DNA of 63,769 nucleotides, counting the filler, from Nemertoderma westbladi (Eukaryota > Animalia > Xenacoelomorpha), in assembly GCA_032718475.1 (NCBI GenBank). It is 3 parts of 3 records of this genome, joined end to end, with 100 filler letters (N's around TTAATTAATTAA, not from the genome) between each part and the next. Parts side by side here need not be neighbours in the genome. Positions count along the whole stretch, not along the records: positions 1 to 31,966 come from JAUCBJ010005656.1; 2 more parts are not named here. One strand, 5' to 3'. This document shows positions 14,501 through 25,420 of the stretch, one piece after another; within the stretch, counting starts at the first letter, position 1; each line of letters starts with the position of its first letter. The notes under the pieces were generated by a model, which worked only from the letters and a program-made list of their open reading frames with translations, was not told the origin of the DNA and ran no database searches. Position numbers and translations under genes: made by a program.

Positions 14501-17500
14501 CTATTAGCAATGTTATTAGAGAAAAATATTATATAATAATTATATTGTTAAATGATAAGTGGTTATTATCTGTGTGTGGTTTATTCTGTATTAAATCGGG
14601 CGACGTCGTGTAACTCACCTAGATTAGATATATCGAATATCCCGTCAGTAGAAGCCGTATCCACACCCCCTGTTCCGCGTTTCTGTAGCCTCAAGTTGGA
14701 CAGAATATCATCGAACTTGGGATGGGCACTGAGAAGTGGTAGTTTAACGTGGACACCCGCTCGCATTCCTGTGCCAAGATTGCTGGGGCAAGTGAGCACA
14801 TAGCCTAAATGTTCGTTCCACATAAATTCGTTTCTGAAATGTACCATATCATAGTTATGGCTATTACATAACAAGACATAAATATGAGAGGTAAAACTGA
14901 GAATATAACAATATAGCGCAGTATACAGTGGACTTCGCCTTTCACTAATGAAATTTGAGTCCACAATTCTTCCTTTCTTCTCCTTTATCCACCACTTTAA
15001 GTACGGTAACTCAACCTACATTTGTTTTTTACCCTCCTCTTTAAGTAATCACCCTACCTTGTTTTTTATCCACCACTTAAGTACGGTAACTCAACCTACA
15101 TTGTTTTTTACCCTCCTTTTTAAGTACGGTAACTCCAACCTACCCTTGCTGTTTTACCACATCCTCCACTCGTTTGAGACCATCGCAGAATCGGCGGAAC
15201 ACCGCACTCATATCTCCTCCTTTCTGCATTGATATAACTCTGGTATGATCCTCCTCGTTCACCCATACCAAAAAGGTCTAAAAAATATAATAGCTTCATA
15301 TTGCAGTTGATCCTGAGCAATAATTACATGTTGTTAGTTTAAGCGAATAAGTTTAACACAAGGTTGAAAAAACATTAGATAGACAAATACAAAGCTACTA
15401 CCTATTAATTGGATTAAACATTTAGCATCAGACCAGTTAAATATTTTTCAAGGTTAAAAGTTGATATATTTAAATTGCATCAAATGAATAACCCACCAGC
15501 CACCAACCTTATCATCATTGTGCCATATCCCTCGTGCATCTGGCCAATCACGGGCCATTCCACTGGCTGTCAGCAGAGGCGATACTGGCTTATCGAACAA
15601 GAAGTGATCATTGATTAGTTGGTCTTGTTCTTCCTCTGTCATCTTACCCAAAGGATAATATTTACCCTGAAATTCACCTGTAATATATAATTAGGTTGTG
15701 ATTTCAAATCATTCGGTAGCTGTTAATAGTACAATTTTCAACGATTGAAACTTACATCAAAGATAATGGCAAGAACACAAAATTTTTATAAATGACATGA
15801 AATACAGAACCTTGCAAATTTCGTCAATTAGCAGACAAAAACTAAAATAGAGTATCTCTAAATCTAACTTGATAATAATTTCACTCCTTTATATAAGCAA
15901 AACTATTATAGTAAACTAAAACCCTATTTGGTCTGGGTAATTATACTACGTTGTTGGCCCGGTGGGTTGGGGGGTGGGTAATTTTATAAATTTTTTAGAT
16001 CTTGGCTCAAATTTTCAAATTATGATGGTATAAGGTTTTTCGAGGTCGCTCATCAAGACAAAGCTCGTTAAAAATATTTTTTGGCAATGCAACCATTATT
16101 TGGACTCCCCCAGGACGAAAAGTACAAGTAGCAAAAAATTACAAACTGTTAAATGTTGTCTTTGGTTTGGTAATTCTGAAGCTATACTGGATTTCAAGGT
16201 CGCTGATAACGATACAACTTGTTACATATCATTAGAAATATAGAAAAATTGAATTTGGTTGGATAATACGATATTTTTGAGTGTCATAATCGTGATCAGC
16301 GTCCTAGAAAACCCCTAATATCATAAAATGAGGTTGATTTCTTAATTATTGTTGATTATCAAATTTGTGCTGCTTGTATTGTTCGTGCCCCACATTCACG
16401 CGTGTCCAAAAATTCCCTAATCAACAACATACGATATATTTCAGTGTCATATTGTTTTTTCGTGTCCAAGGGGGCACATTCAAATGACCCACATTTTTTC
16501 GAATGTTATTGAGTTCTATAATCGTGATCAGCATCCATAAAAACCGCTATATACCGCAAATAAATTAATTTTAGTGACCCATAACAATTTTTGAAAATTT
16601 TAACATGTAAAATACTTTGAGATGGGTGCCAGACAGGACCGACAGCAGGAAAACTAACATAGCCAGGTAAATGGTCGTTTGCTCTATTGGATAGCCCATT
16701 AAATTTGGGGAAAAGTCACAAAATATCGGTTTTCCCAAAACACCTGACTCAAAGATACACATGAATTATAAAAAAAATTCTAAAATTACCCCCTAAAATT
16801 GGGCTAGATGATAGAATCTAACAATAATATTACATTCATACATCGTCATATTATAAAAAAATGAACAAAATGAAAGTACTTTGTATTTATTTTAACTAAA
16901 TTATGATAATATGGACAGCAATTTCTGCGTTAAATTAATTTGTTACATTGTAATAATTGTAATAATGTTATTGATTTACACCTTGTGACTCAAAGTTTGG
17001 AAAATATATTCAGCATTTCTTTATTTATTATTCCACATTTATTTTATCTGCAATTTTTCTCAGATATATGCCAAACTGTGAACTTTTATAAAACTTACCA
17101 TCTAAGGTCGCTAACGCCGTTGTTACTATCCGCTCTACTGCCCTCCGTTCTGCTCTGTTATTGTGTGGCGGTAAACTCAATCCACGAACACATCGTCCAG
17201 TTCGGACTCGCGAAGACAGAACATACTTATCGTTGAACTTTCCTCCAACTATCTTTGTGTGATCCAAATCGGTCGGATGTCTGTCGATAGAAAATACAGA
17301 CATGGTGGCTATTTGATATGAGGTCATACATAACCCATGAATACAGACATGGTGGCTATTTGATATGAGGTCATACATAACCCATAAATACAGACATGGT
17401 GGCTATTTGATATGAGGTTATACATAACCCATAAATACAGACATGGTGGCTATTTGATATGAGGTCATACATAACCAATAAATACAGACATGGTGGCTAT

Positions 17501-20500
17501 TGGATATGAGGTCATCCATAACCCATAAATACAGACATGGTGGCTATTTGATATGAGGTCATACATAACCAATAAATACAGACATGGTGGCTATTGGATA
17601 TGAGGTCATCCATAACCCATAAATACAGACATGGTGGCTATTTGATATGAGGTCATACATAACCAATAAATACAGACATGGTGGCTATTGGATATGAGGT
17701 CATCCATAACCCATAAATACAGACATGGTGGCTATTTGATATGAGGTCATACATAACCCATAAATACAGACATGGTGGCTATTTGATATGAGGTCATCCA
17801 TAACCCATAAATACAGACATGGTGGCTATTTGATATGAGGTCATACATAACCCATAAATACAGACATGGTGGCTATTTGATATGAGGTCATCCATAACCC
17901 ATAAATACAGACATGGTGGCTATTTAATATGAGGTCATACATAACCCATAAATACAGACATGGCGGCTATTTGATATGAGGTCATACATAACCAATAAAT
18001 ACAGACATGGTGGCTATTGGATATGAGGTCATACATAACCCATAAATATAGACATGGTGGCTATTTGATATGAGGTCATCCATAACCCATAAATACAGAC
18101 ATGGTGGCTATTTGATATGAGGTCATACATAACCCATAAATACAGACATGGTGGCTATTTGATATGAGGTCATACATAACCCATAAATACAGACATGGTG
18201 GCTATTTGATATGAGGTCATACATAACCCATAAATACAGACATGGTGGCTATTTCATATGAGGTCATACATAACCCATAAATATAACATCCAAAAGTTGC
18301 AATTATTTCCGAATTATAGGGGTAAGTTGCTGGATATATAGATTGGTCATTAAAGCCGCGCGCTATAGTGTGCCATTATTCTGGCGATATATATATATTT
18401 TTATATTTTTGAATATAAATATGAGGTTTACTACAGTATATCTCCTGGGATAGTTATATAATACCCGCAAACAACGAAAAATACGAAATTATCAACGAAA
18501 ATATAGAAATTATCAAACAATCTAAAAAATCTCGCTTTCCAGTAAGATAGGTATTATTAGAAGGCCCAGTTTACATTTTTTAATTAATAAAATCCAATAA
18601 TTTCTCTCCATTTTCGACCTTAAAAGTAATTTAATACCAAATACTGTCTGCTGCTTGGTTGTTATGTGTTGACCAATGGCGGCTTGAACGAATCAAGTCA
18701 GCAGATCATTTCACTTATCTATTAAAACCATGGTACAAGCCTGAAGGGGAAAAGTTGAAGGAACCGGTCCGGTACTGTAACCCAACACTGCAACACAACT
18801 GCAAAGTCAGACTGTCCTACCTCTGCTAACCTGTAGGCTACCAGCTACTGGAAGGCCGTAACGGTAGGCCAGTAGGCGGTAGGCTTATTTTATTAATTAA
18901 AAATGTAACATGTGCCTTCTAAATAATACTGATATCACTGGAAAGCGAGATTTTATTTAAAGTTTCATAATTTCGATATTTTGGTTAATAATGTCGTCTT
19001 TTTCGTTATTTGCGGGTTTTATAACTATCCTATATCATCCCGTATACTGCCTTTGACGGATAGCAAGTGTATCGAACAGTCGACGGTCATTCTGTTCGAT
19101 GTAATATAATGGTTTTCCTCAAAAATGGAACAAACGAGGAAACACGTCACCGGGGGTTGAACCAGCGCTATACGTACGTTTCTGCCTATCAGGCCTCACC
19201 AGTAGCGCTAACCAGTTCCACTTGTTCCTGACACTTGCTTTCCCAACTAATCCACTTCTATTGTACATGCAGTCTTAAGTTTCTATATATCCTATCTCCT
19301 TGCATACTCCAATTTATTCCGTCCGATACCTAGGCTATCAGTGAAGGGCAGTATATAAAGTAAACCTCACATCTTTATATTCATCACTTTATTTCCAGCC
19401 GGGATAAAGAGTTTATCCCGCTGGTATATAAAGATCAATCTTGTATCCGGAAACTTTGCCTAATTCGGTAATACAGGCTATTTTTACAAATACAATATAT
19501 GAATATAAAGTAAATATAATAATAAATATAATAAATAAATGCGATAAAACAAATATAAAAATATAATTGAATAAATGAATAGATGAAATAAAATGACTAA
19601 AGAAATTAGAACATAGGGTATTATAAAAATCATATTATAATGAAAATACAATTCATATATTTATTTACATTCCATTCTTTGGATATCCACTGTGTCGGAG
19701 TCTGATAACTTCATCAAACATTTCGGAAAATACACTGTAACTGTCTTCATCACCTGCTACACATCCAACTGTCATTATGAATGGATGTCCGGGGTTATCC
19801 ACACCAGTTTGAATGGCCTGCAATATAAATAAATCCTTTATTAATTGTTTATACATTCACAATTATTACTTTATCTTGCCTCATATAGACCTCACAAAAT
19901 ACCGTTTTACTTCAACGGATAACACTTATGACTTATGCTCGCCCTTATCTGTTTGATTTTGCTGAGATCTCGATCTAAATTGATTGTTAAATTAAAATAT
20001 TGTTTCAATTGTTTCCGTAGAGGCGGTCGTTTAAGCGTCAATGATAAGTTTACTTTATAATGACCAAAACTTCACGATCTCTAACTCTTATTACTGGGTG
20101 TTGAATTCCAGACATCGCTCTCCAGACATATAATTGCTCTAATTAATATGGATAGTAACAATGATGAGACCCAGTAAGGTCGAAACGCGTACGTGGTTTG
20201 GAGAGATATGAGATATTAATTTCAAGAAAAATTACGCGATTCCTAAATTTGTACAATACCCGGTTAAAAAGTACGCATGTGATGGGATTAGTCCTACAAT
20301 TGCGCCAATAAAAGATAAGTTATTTTCGGTAAAATAAACTTATCATTCGAGGTTAAGACCCCTATATCCCTTCCTATAACTAATTAATATGTAAAGCTAT
20401 GAAAGTAGCAAACACGATAAATAAACCGCAACTGATATAGCTGAAAACTTCCCTGGCTCTTTTTCGTCTGAAAGTGCAACCCGTAATCGAGTATGGCTTT

Positions 20501-22085
20501 CGTGATATCTGGCCCTTCTTATCGGCAATAAAGTCATCGGAGGACACAAAACGACGAACAACACAGTGGTTTTGACTCTCTACCGAGATAAACAGTGGGT
20601 TGAGATATCGTCCATAAATTATTCTCCCTAACTCATTCATTGGAATTCCAGAATTATTTAGTTGTAGTAGCCGATTGGCCGAGACATGGAGTGGACCAAA
20701 CCAATATACAAGAACAGAAACGTAATTACAAGGTTTGCCATTCATGGATACCACCACAAGTTCTAGTTAATATCTTCTTCATATAAGTTCTACTTTATAT
20801 CTTCTTCATATCATTGGCTGGGGGTAGACTGTGTCTGCAGACTATATCTGTGGCTGTAGACTGTCTCTGCCGTACCTGCCTGAACCTACGTTTTAATTTA
20901 TTCGTTTTTTTCTCCTATTCTAATTATTTAAATGGTCCGAATTTAATATTAATATTATTGTAAATATTGTAGTGTAAATCTGCCTTCTTGGTGTAATACA
21001 ATTTATATATATATTGTTGAGATACTCACAGCGTCCAATGTAAACCCACTAGGCGTCCTCAGTTTGCTTAGGCGTTCGTACATGTCCATGGTCAAACAGT
21101 TCGCCATCCAGTTGTTGTGGACGGACAGGTCTGGAAAATTATCCGCGGGGCTCCACTTAAATATTTGTTCCCCCAAATCACCTAAAAATCATAGAGAGAC
21201 TTTATAAGAAGAGCAGATAGGGGGGTATGGGGGGGGGGGGGGGTGGGGGGGGACTGGACGCAATAAAAGTTCATCACTCTCCAGGGAAAATTCGACGCAA
21301 ATAACAGCTGATTATTCTCAAAAATACAACTGTAAAAAAATTTTACATTGAGGCGGGATATTAATTCGCCAATGCGGGATTTGCGTCCAGTCCCCCCCCC
21401 CCCCCCCGGTCTCTAGAAGAGACAACTTAGAAGTAATAATATTCAAAATCTTTCATTATAATCTACTAACGTTACATATTTGTGATTATGTAATATTATT
21501 TATTACATTTTAACTCTTTTATGAATTAGGCTATCTATGGTAATCAAGCCTTTCCAATAATACATCATGAATCAAAGCAACATGAGAGTCAAAGAAATCA
21601 GCCCCTCATTTAATTAAATAAACTAAATGAACGCTATTTAAAACATCTTTAGTAACTAAATTAAATATTATCTGATTGAATATTCAACATCATCTTTCAT
21701 TATTATATTTGAAGAACCAATCTTGGTGCAACTGAAATATATTGAACCACCATCACCCATATTTAAAACAACTATGGTAAACGGTAGCCACGCTGCCGCG
21801 GGTTGCCATGAATGCCAGGTTGTCATAGCTGGCCCGTTGCCATGTCTACCAACAACGTTACTTTTACGTTGTTGATTGATACATTTAGTATCCTACTTGG
21901 ATATTTGATATAGTTTCCCAGATACAAACCAACTTACCTTCAGGGTGCTGACCTTTCTGAATACCTTGGAAATACTTTGCTGCGAACTCCTTTAGTTCAG
22001 GTGGTTGTTGGCGCAGAACGTTGATGGTAAACCCCTGGAGAAGATCCACCAACCCTGGCGGTGCCTTGTACTTGTTGCCAGACAT
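3850..22085 (-). CDS. RIIa D/D domain + at least 4 contiguous creatine kinase domains (flagellar-type multi-domain CK), 3'-incomplete
   Basis: Hand-spliced coding exons (minus): 21938-22085, 21030-21181, 19669-19817, 17099-17280, 15508-15677, 15144-15277, 14619-14833, 14172-14347, 13529-13820, 12800-12919, 11132-11268, 10663-10817, 9958-10144, 9526-9739, 9094-9266, 8730-8912, 7664-7866, 6949-7146, 6348-6624, 5852-6011, 5208-5533, 4154-4353, 3850-4047. All introns are GT-AG and all phases match. CK motifs [25 protein letters not shown] and NEEDH occur four times; TCPSNLGTG and RGTGGVDT occur three times within the window. Confidence 0.9.
5852..9266 (-). CDS. Creatine kinase domain 3 (6 exons)
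   Basis: Exon 9094-9266 contains the end of domain 2, the linker and the start of domain 3 in one reading frame. Complete motif set. Confidence 0.92.
7920..8150. repeat. Degenerate ~36-bp tandem repeat near the acceptor of exon 7664-7866
   Basis: Recurrent ACAGTGG..AAAAATGAGACAAAAT-like blocks. Confidence 0.5.
9526..13820 (-). CDS. Creatine kinase domain 2 (6 exons)
   Basis: Complete CK motif set including NEEDH and the active-site CPSNLG; follows domain 1 in frame via a [16 protein letters not shown] linker. Confidence 0.92.
11297..12490. repeat. 22-bp minisatellite (~54 copies)
   Basis: Unit AACTCATTCATTAGTTCTCAAT. Confidence 0.97.
14172..21181 (-). CDS. Creatine kinase domain 1 (7 exons)
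   Basis: [12 protein letters not shown]...[14 protein letters not shown]...[13 protein letters not shown]...NEEDH...TCPSNLGTG...RGTGGVDT; the most canonical of the four copies. Confidence 0.93.
14985..15150. repeat. Short imperfect tandem repeat derived from the donor of exon 15144-15277
   Basis: TAAGTACGGTAACTCAACCTAC repeated 3-4 times; on the minus strand each unit recreates GTAGGTTG. Confidence 0.7.
17292..18283. repeat. 47-bp minisatellite (~21 copies)
   Basis: Unit AAATACAGACATGGTGGCTATTTGATATGAGGTCATACATAACCCAT. Confidence 0.97.
18447..19030. mobile_element. Foldback/MITE-like element with ~150-bp imperfect terminal inverted repeats
   Basis: GGATAGTTATATAATACCCGCAAA...TCTCGCTTTCCAGT...TTAATTAATAAAA (18447-18592) is mirrored by 18885-19030. 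Confidence 0.65.
20155..20200 (+). ncRNA. Degenerate minimal hammerhead-ribozyme-like motif (Penelope-type remnant)
   Basis: TGATGA-GACC-cagtaa-GGTC-GAAAC-GC-GTA has stem II and a palindromic ACGCGT stem III. The first core C is replaced by A and stem I is poor. Confidence 0.4.
21214..21413. mobile_element. MITE with poly-G/poly-C subterminal tracts and 8-bp TSD (hAT or P-like)
   Basis: CAGATAG(G)n-GACTGGACGCAA...TTGCGTCCAGT(C)n-GGTCTC; flanks AAGAAGAG / TAGAAGAG (7/8). Same family as 49032-49303. Confidence 0.8.
21770..21850. promoter_or_regulatory. Cluster of RFX X-box-like sites in the first coding intron of the CK gene
   Basis: GTTGCCATGAATGC (21802), GTTGTCATAGCTGG (21819) and GTTGCCATGTCTAC (21836) lie in a small GC-richer island. 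Confidence 0.5.
21938..22085 (-). CDS. First coding exon: PKA RII-type dimerization/docking domain
   Basis: [39 protein letters not shown] matches the RIIa D/D pattern (PPGLxxLLQGyTvxVLRQQPPdLxEFAxxYF). Its phase-1 GTAAG donor joins the first CK exon in frame. Confidence 0.88.
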
Positions 22086-22146
22086 TTTCAGATCAATTTA
22101 TTCAAAGTTAATAACTAAAAATGAATATTAACAAATTGTAACATTA

Positions 22147-24331
22147 TGGAACCAATAAACTGTGTGTAAATGGAACCAATAAACTGTGTGTAAATGAAAC
22201 CAATAAATTATGTGTAAATGGAACCAATAAACTGTGTGTAAATGGAACCAATAAACTGTGTGTAAATGGAACCAATAAACTGTGTGTAAATGGAACCAAT
22301 AAACTGTGTGTAAATGGAACCAATAAACTGTGTGTAAATGGAACCAATAAACTGTGTGTAAATGGAACCAATAAACTGTGTGTAAATGGAACCAATAAAC
22401 TGTGTGTAAATGGAACCAATAAACTGTGTGTAAATGGAACCAATAAATTATGTGTAAATGGAACCAATAAATTATGTGTAAATGGAACCAATAAACTGTG
22501 TGTAAATGGAACCAATAAATTATGTGTAAATGGAACCAATAAACTGTGTGTAAATGGAACCAATAAACTGTGTGTAAATGGAACCAATAAACTGTGTGTA
22601 AATGGAACCAATAAACTGTGTGTAAATGGAACCAATAAACTGTGTGTAAATGGAACCAATAAACTGTGTGTAAATGGAACCAATAAACTGTGTGTAAATG
22701 GAACCAATAAACTGTGTGTAAATGGAACCAATAAACTGTGTGTAAATGGAACCAATAAATTATGTGTAAATGGAACCAATAAATTATGTGTAAATGGAAC
22801 CAATAAACTGTGTGTAAATGGAACCAATAAATTATGTGTAAATGGAACCAATAAACTGTGTGTAAATGGAACCAATAAACTGTGTGTAAATGGAACCAAT
22901 AAACTGTGTGTAAATGGAACCAATAAACTGTGTGTAAATGGAACCAATAAACTGTGTGTAAATGGAACCAATAAACTGTGTGTAAATGGAACCAATAAAT
23001 TATGTGTAAATGGAACCAATAAATTATGTGTAAATGGAACCAATAAACTGTGTGTAAATGGAACCAATAAATTATGTGTAAATGGAACCAATAAACTGTG
23101 TGTAAATGGAACCAATAAACTGTGCGTAAATGGAACCAATAAACTGTGTGTAAATGGAACCAATAAACTGTGTGTAAATGGAACCAATAAATTATGTGTA
23201 AATGGAACCAATAAATTATGTGTAAATGGAACCAATAAACTGTGTGTAAATGGAACCAATAAACTGTGTGTAAATGGAACCAATAAACTGTGTGTAAATG
23301 GAACCAATAAACTGTGTGTAAATGGAACCAATAAACTGTGTGTAAATGGAACCAATAAACTGTGTGTAAATGGAACCAATAAACTGTGTGTAAATGGAAC
23401 CAATAAACTGTGTGTAAATGGAACCAATAAACTGTGTGTAAATGGAACCAATAAACTGTGTGTAAATGGAACCAATAAACTGTGTGTAAATGGAACCAAT
23501 AAACTGTGTGTAAATGGAACCAATAAACTGTGCGTAAATGGAACCAATAAACTGTGTGTAAATGGAACCAATAAACTGTGTGTAAATGGAACCAATAAAT
23601 TATGTGTAAATGGAACCAATAAACTGTGTGTAAATGGAACCAATAAACTGTGTGTAAATGGAACCAATAAATTATGTGTAAATGGAACCAATAAACTGTG
23701 TGTAAATGGAACCAATAAATTATGTGTAAATGGAACCAATAAATTATGTGTAAATGGAACCAATAAACTGTGTGTAAATGGAACCAATAAATTCTGTGTA
23801 AATGGAACCAATAAATTATGTGTCAATGGAACCAATAAACTGTGTGTAAATGGAACCAATAAACTGTGTGTAAATGCAACCAATAAACTGTGTGTAAATG
23901 GAACCAATAAACTGTGTGTAAATGGAACCAATAAACTGTGTGTAAGTGGAACCAATAAACTGTGTGTAAATGCAACCAATAAACTGTGTGTAAGTGGAAC
24001 CAATAAACTGTGTGTAAATGCAACCAATAAACTGTGTGTAAATGGAACCAATAAACTGTGTGTAAATGGAACCAATAAACTGTGTGTAAATGGAACCAAT
24101 AAACTGTGTGTAAATGGAACCAATAAACTGTGTGTAAATGGAACCAATAAACTGTGTGTAAATGGAACCAATAAACTGTGTGTAAATGGAACCAATAAAC
24201 TGTGTGTAAATGGAACCAATAAACTGTGTGTAAATGCAACCAATAAACTGTGTGTAAATGGAACCAATAAACTGTGTGTAAATGGAACCAATAAACCTGT
24301 GTGTAAATGGAACCAATAAACCTGTGTGTAA
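22147..24331. repeat. 24-bp minisatellite (~91 copies) in the presumed 5'-UTR intron of the CK gene
   Basis: Unit GGAACCAATAAACTGTGTGTAAAT; it ends ~30 nt from a TTTTTAG acceptor (~22116) just upstream of the ATG. Confidence 0.97.
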
Positions 24332-25154
24332 ATTTGTTCATCAAATAAATACAGATTTACGTTAAGGTAGGCAAAAATCCGGTGTGATGTTGCATCGCTT
24401 TCCAGCTACGGTAAAGATATTCACCAATTATAAAGAGTTCATTAGGAAATAACCGGAAGAATGTGTCGAATCTTCACGGAATCTTGCACGTGAGTATATT
24501 GTAAATGTATTGTGTGATTTTGGTTGGAAATACAATTGTCATCAATAATTCAACTGATGGCCAAGTTGGCATCATTAGGATTTTCTGTAGTTGCCATTCT
24601 TAGGCTCAGAACGGAATGGAGAAGACATTTCAGGCTTTGCTATTTGGATAATAGTTTTGCTACCGGTACTGAAAATAAACATATTTTACAAGATTCTATA
24701 ACAATTAAATATATAACTGCAATAGTCTTTTATACCAAATTTCACTTCACATCCCACATATTTCATATGGTAATAAAAATTATGCAAATTATAGTACTTA
24801 ATTACTGCAAATGAAAATAAATACCAATACATTCAATTAGTTAGAAGATGTTTTCATAACTCTAAACGATTAACTGAAATAACGATAAATATTATACACA
24901 GTGTGGATTAAGACATAATTGTATTTGTCTTTTAATTTTTGAATTTATTTACTGGTCAAAATAATAAAACAGTCTTATAAAGAGCCAACATTACTTGCTA
25001 GGCGTTCCTTTCATCAAAAAATTTATAAAAATAACTAAAACAGAACAAATTAAATGGTATTATTGCAAATGTAAAAATTTTCAAAGGTAAATTAATTTTA
25101 CAGGTAGTAGTAAGTAGTAAAAGAGGAAGCACACCGAATAAACAATAAACTACT

Positions 25155-25420
25155 TACCTTATTGGCACTAATAACAACAATATAACGAATGAATAGGTTT
25201 TCTTGTTAGTGTTCAACTAGCAGTGTTGCCACGAGATGCTACAACGGGTTTTAATACTAACCTGGACATGCAACAAAGACGTGTGTGTACAAAACACACC
25301 AAGGGCAACCACAATGCAATACATAATTGAATAATAATCTTGGCAGATTGAATAGAAAGCTAAGCAACCTCTTTGGAGATCTTTGCCTGGCACAAGTTGC
25401 TGGCAAGGTCGCCGGCCCAG
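25155..25420 (-). promoter_or_regulatory. Possible non-coding first exon/promoter region of the CK gene
   Basis: Strong minus-strand donor AAG|GTAAGT near 25157 and GTTGCC/GCAAC half-sites (25225, 25304). No transcript evidence. Confidence 0.25.

Noticed and set aside
15915-16820. Possible old DNA-transposon relic (CCCTATT start, repeated ATAATCGTGATCAGC)
   Set aside because: Termini and TSD are too degraded to define.
3850-21181. Four separate tandem CK genes
   Set aside because: There are no stop codons or new start contexts between domains, the linkers splice in frame, and one domain junction lies within a single exon.
22144-24344. 715-aa (VPFTHSLL)n ORF and overlapping ORFs
   Set aside because: These are translations of a 24-bp minisatellite that happens to lack stops in several frames; there is no non-repeat coding context.
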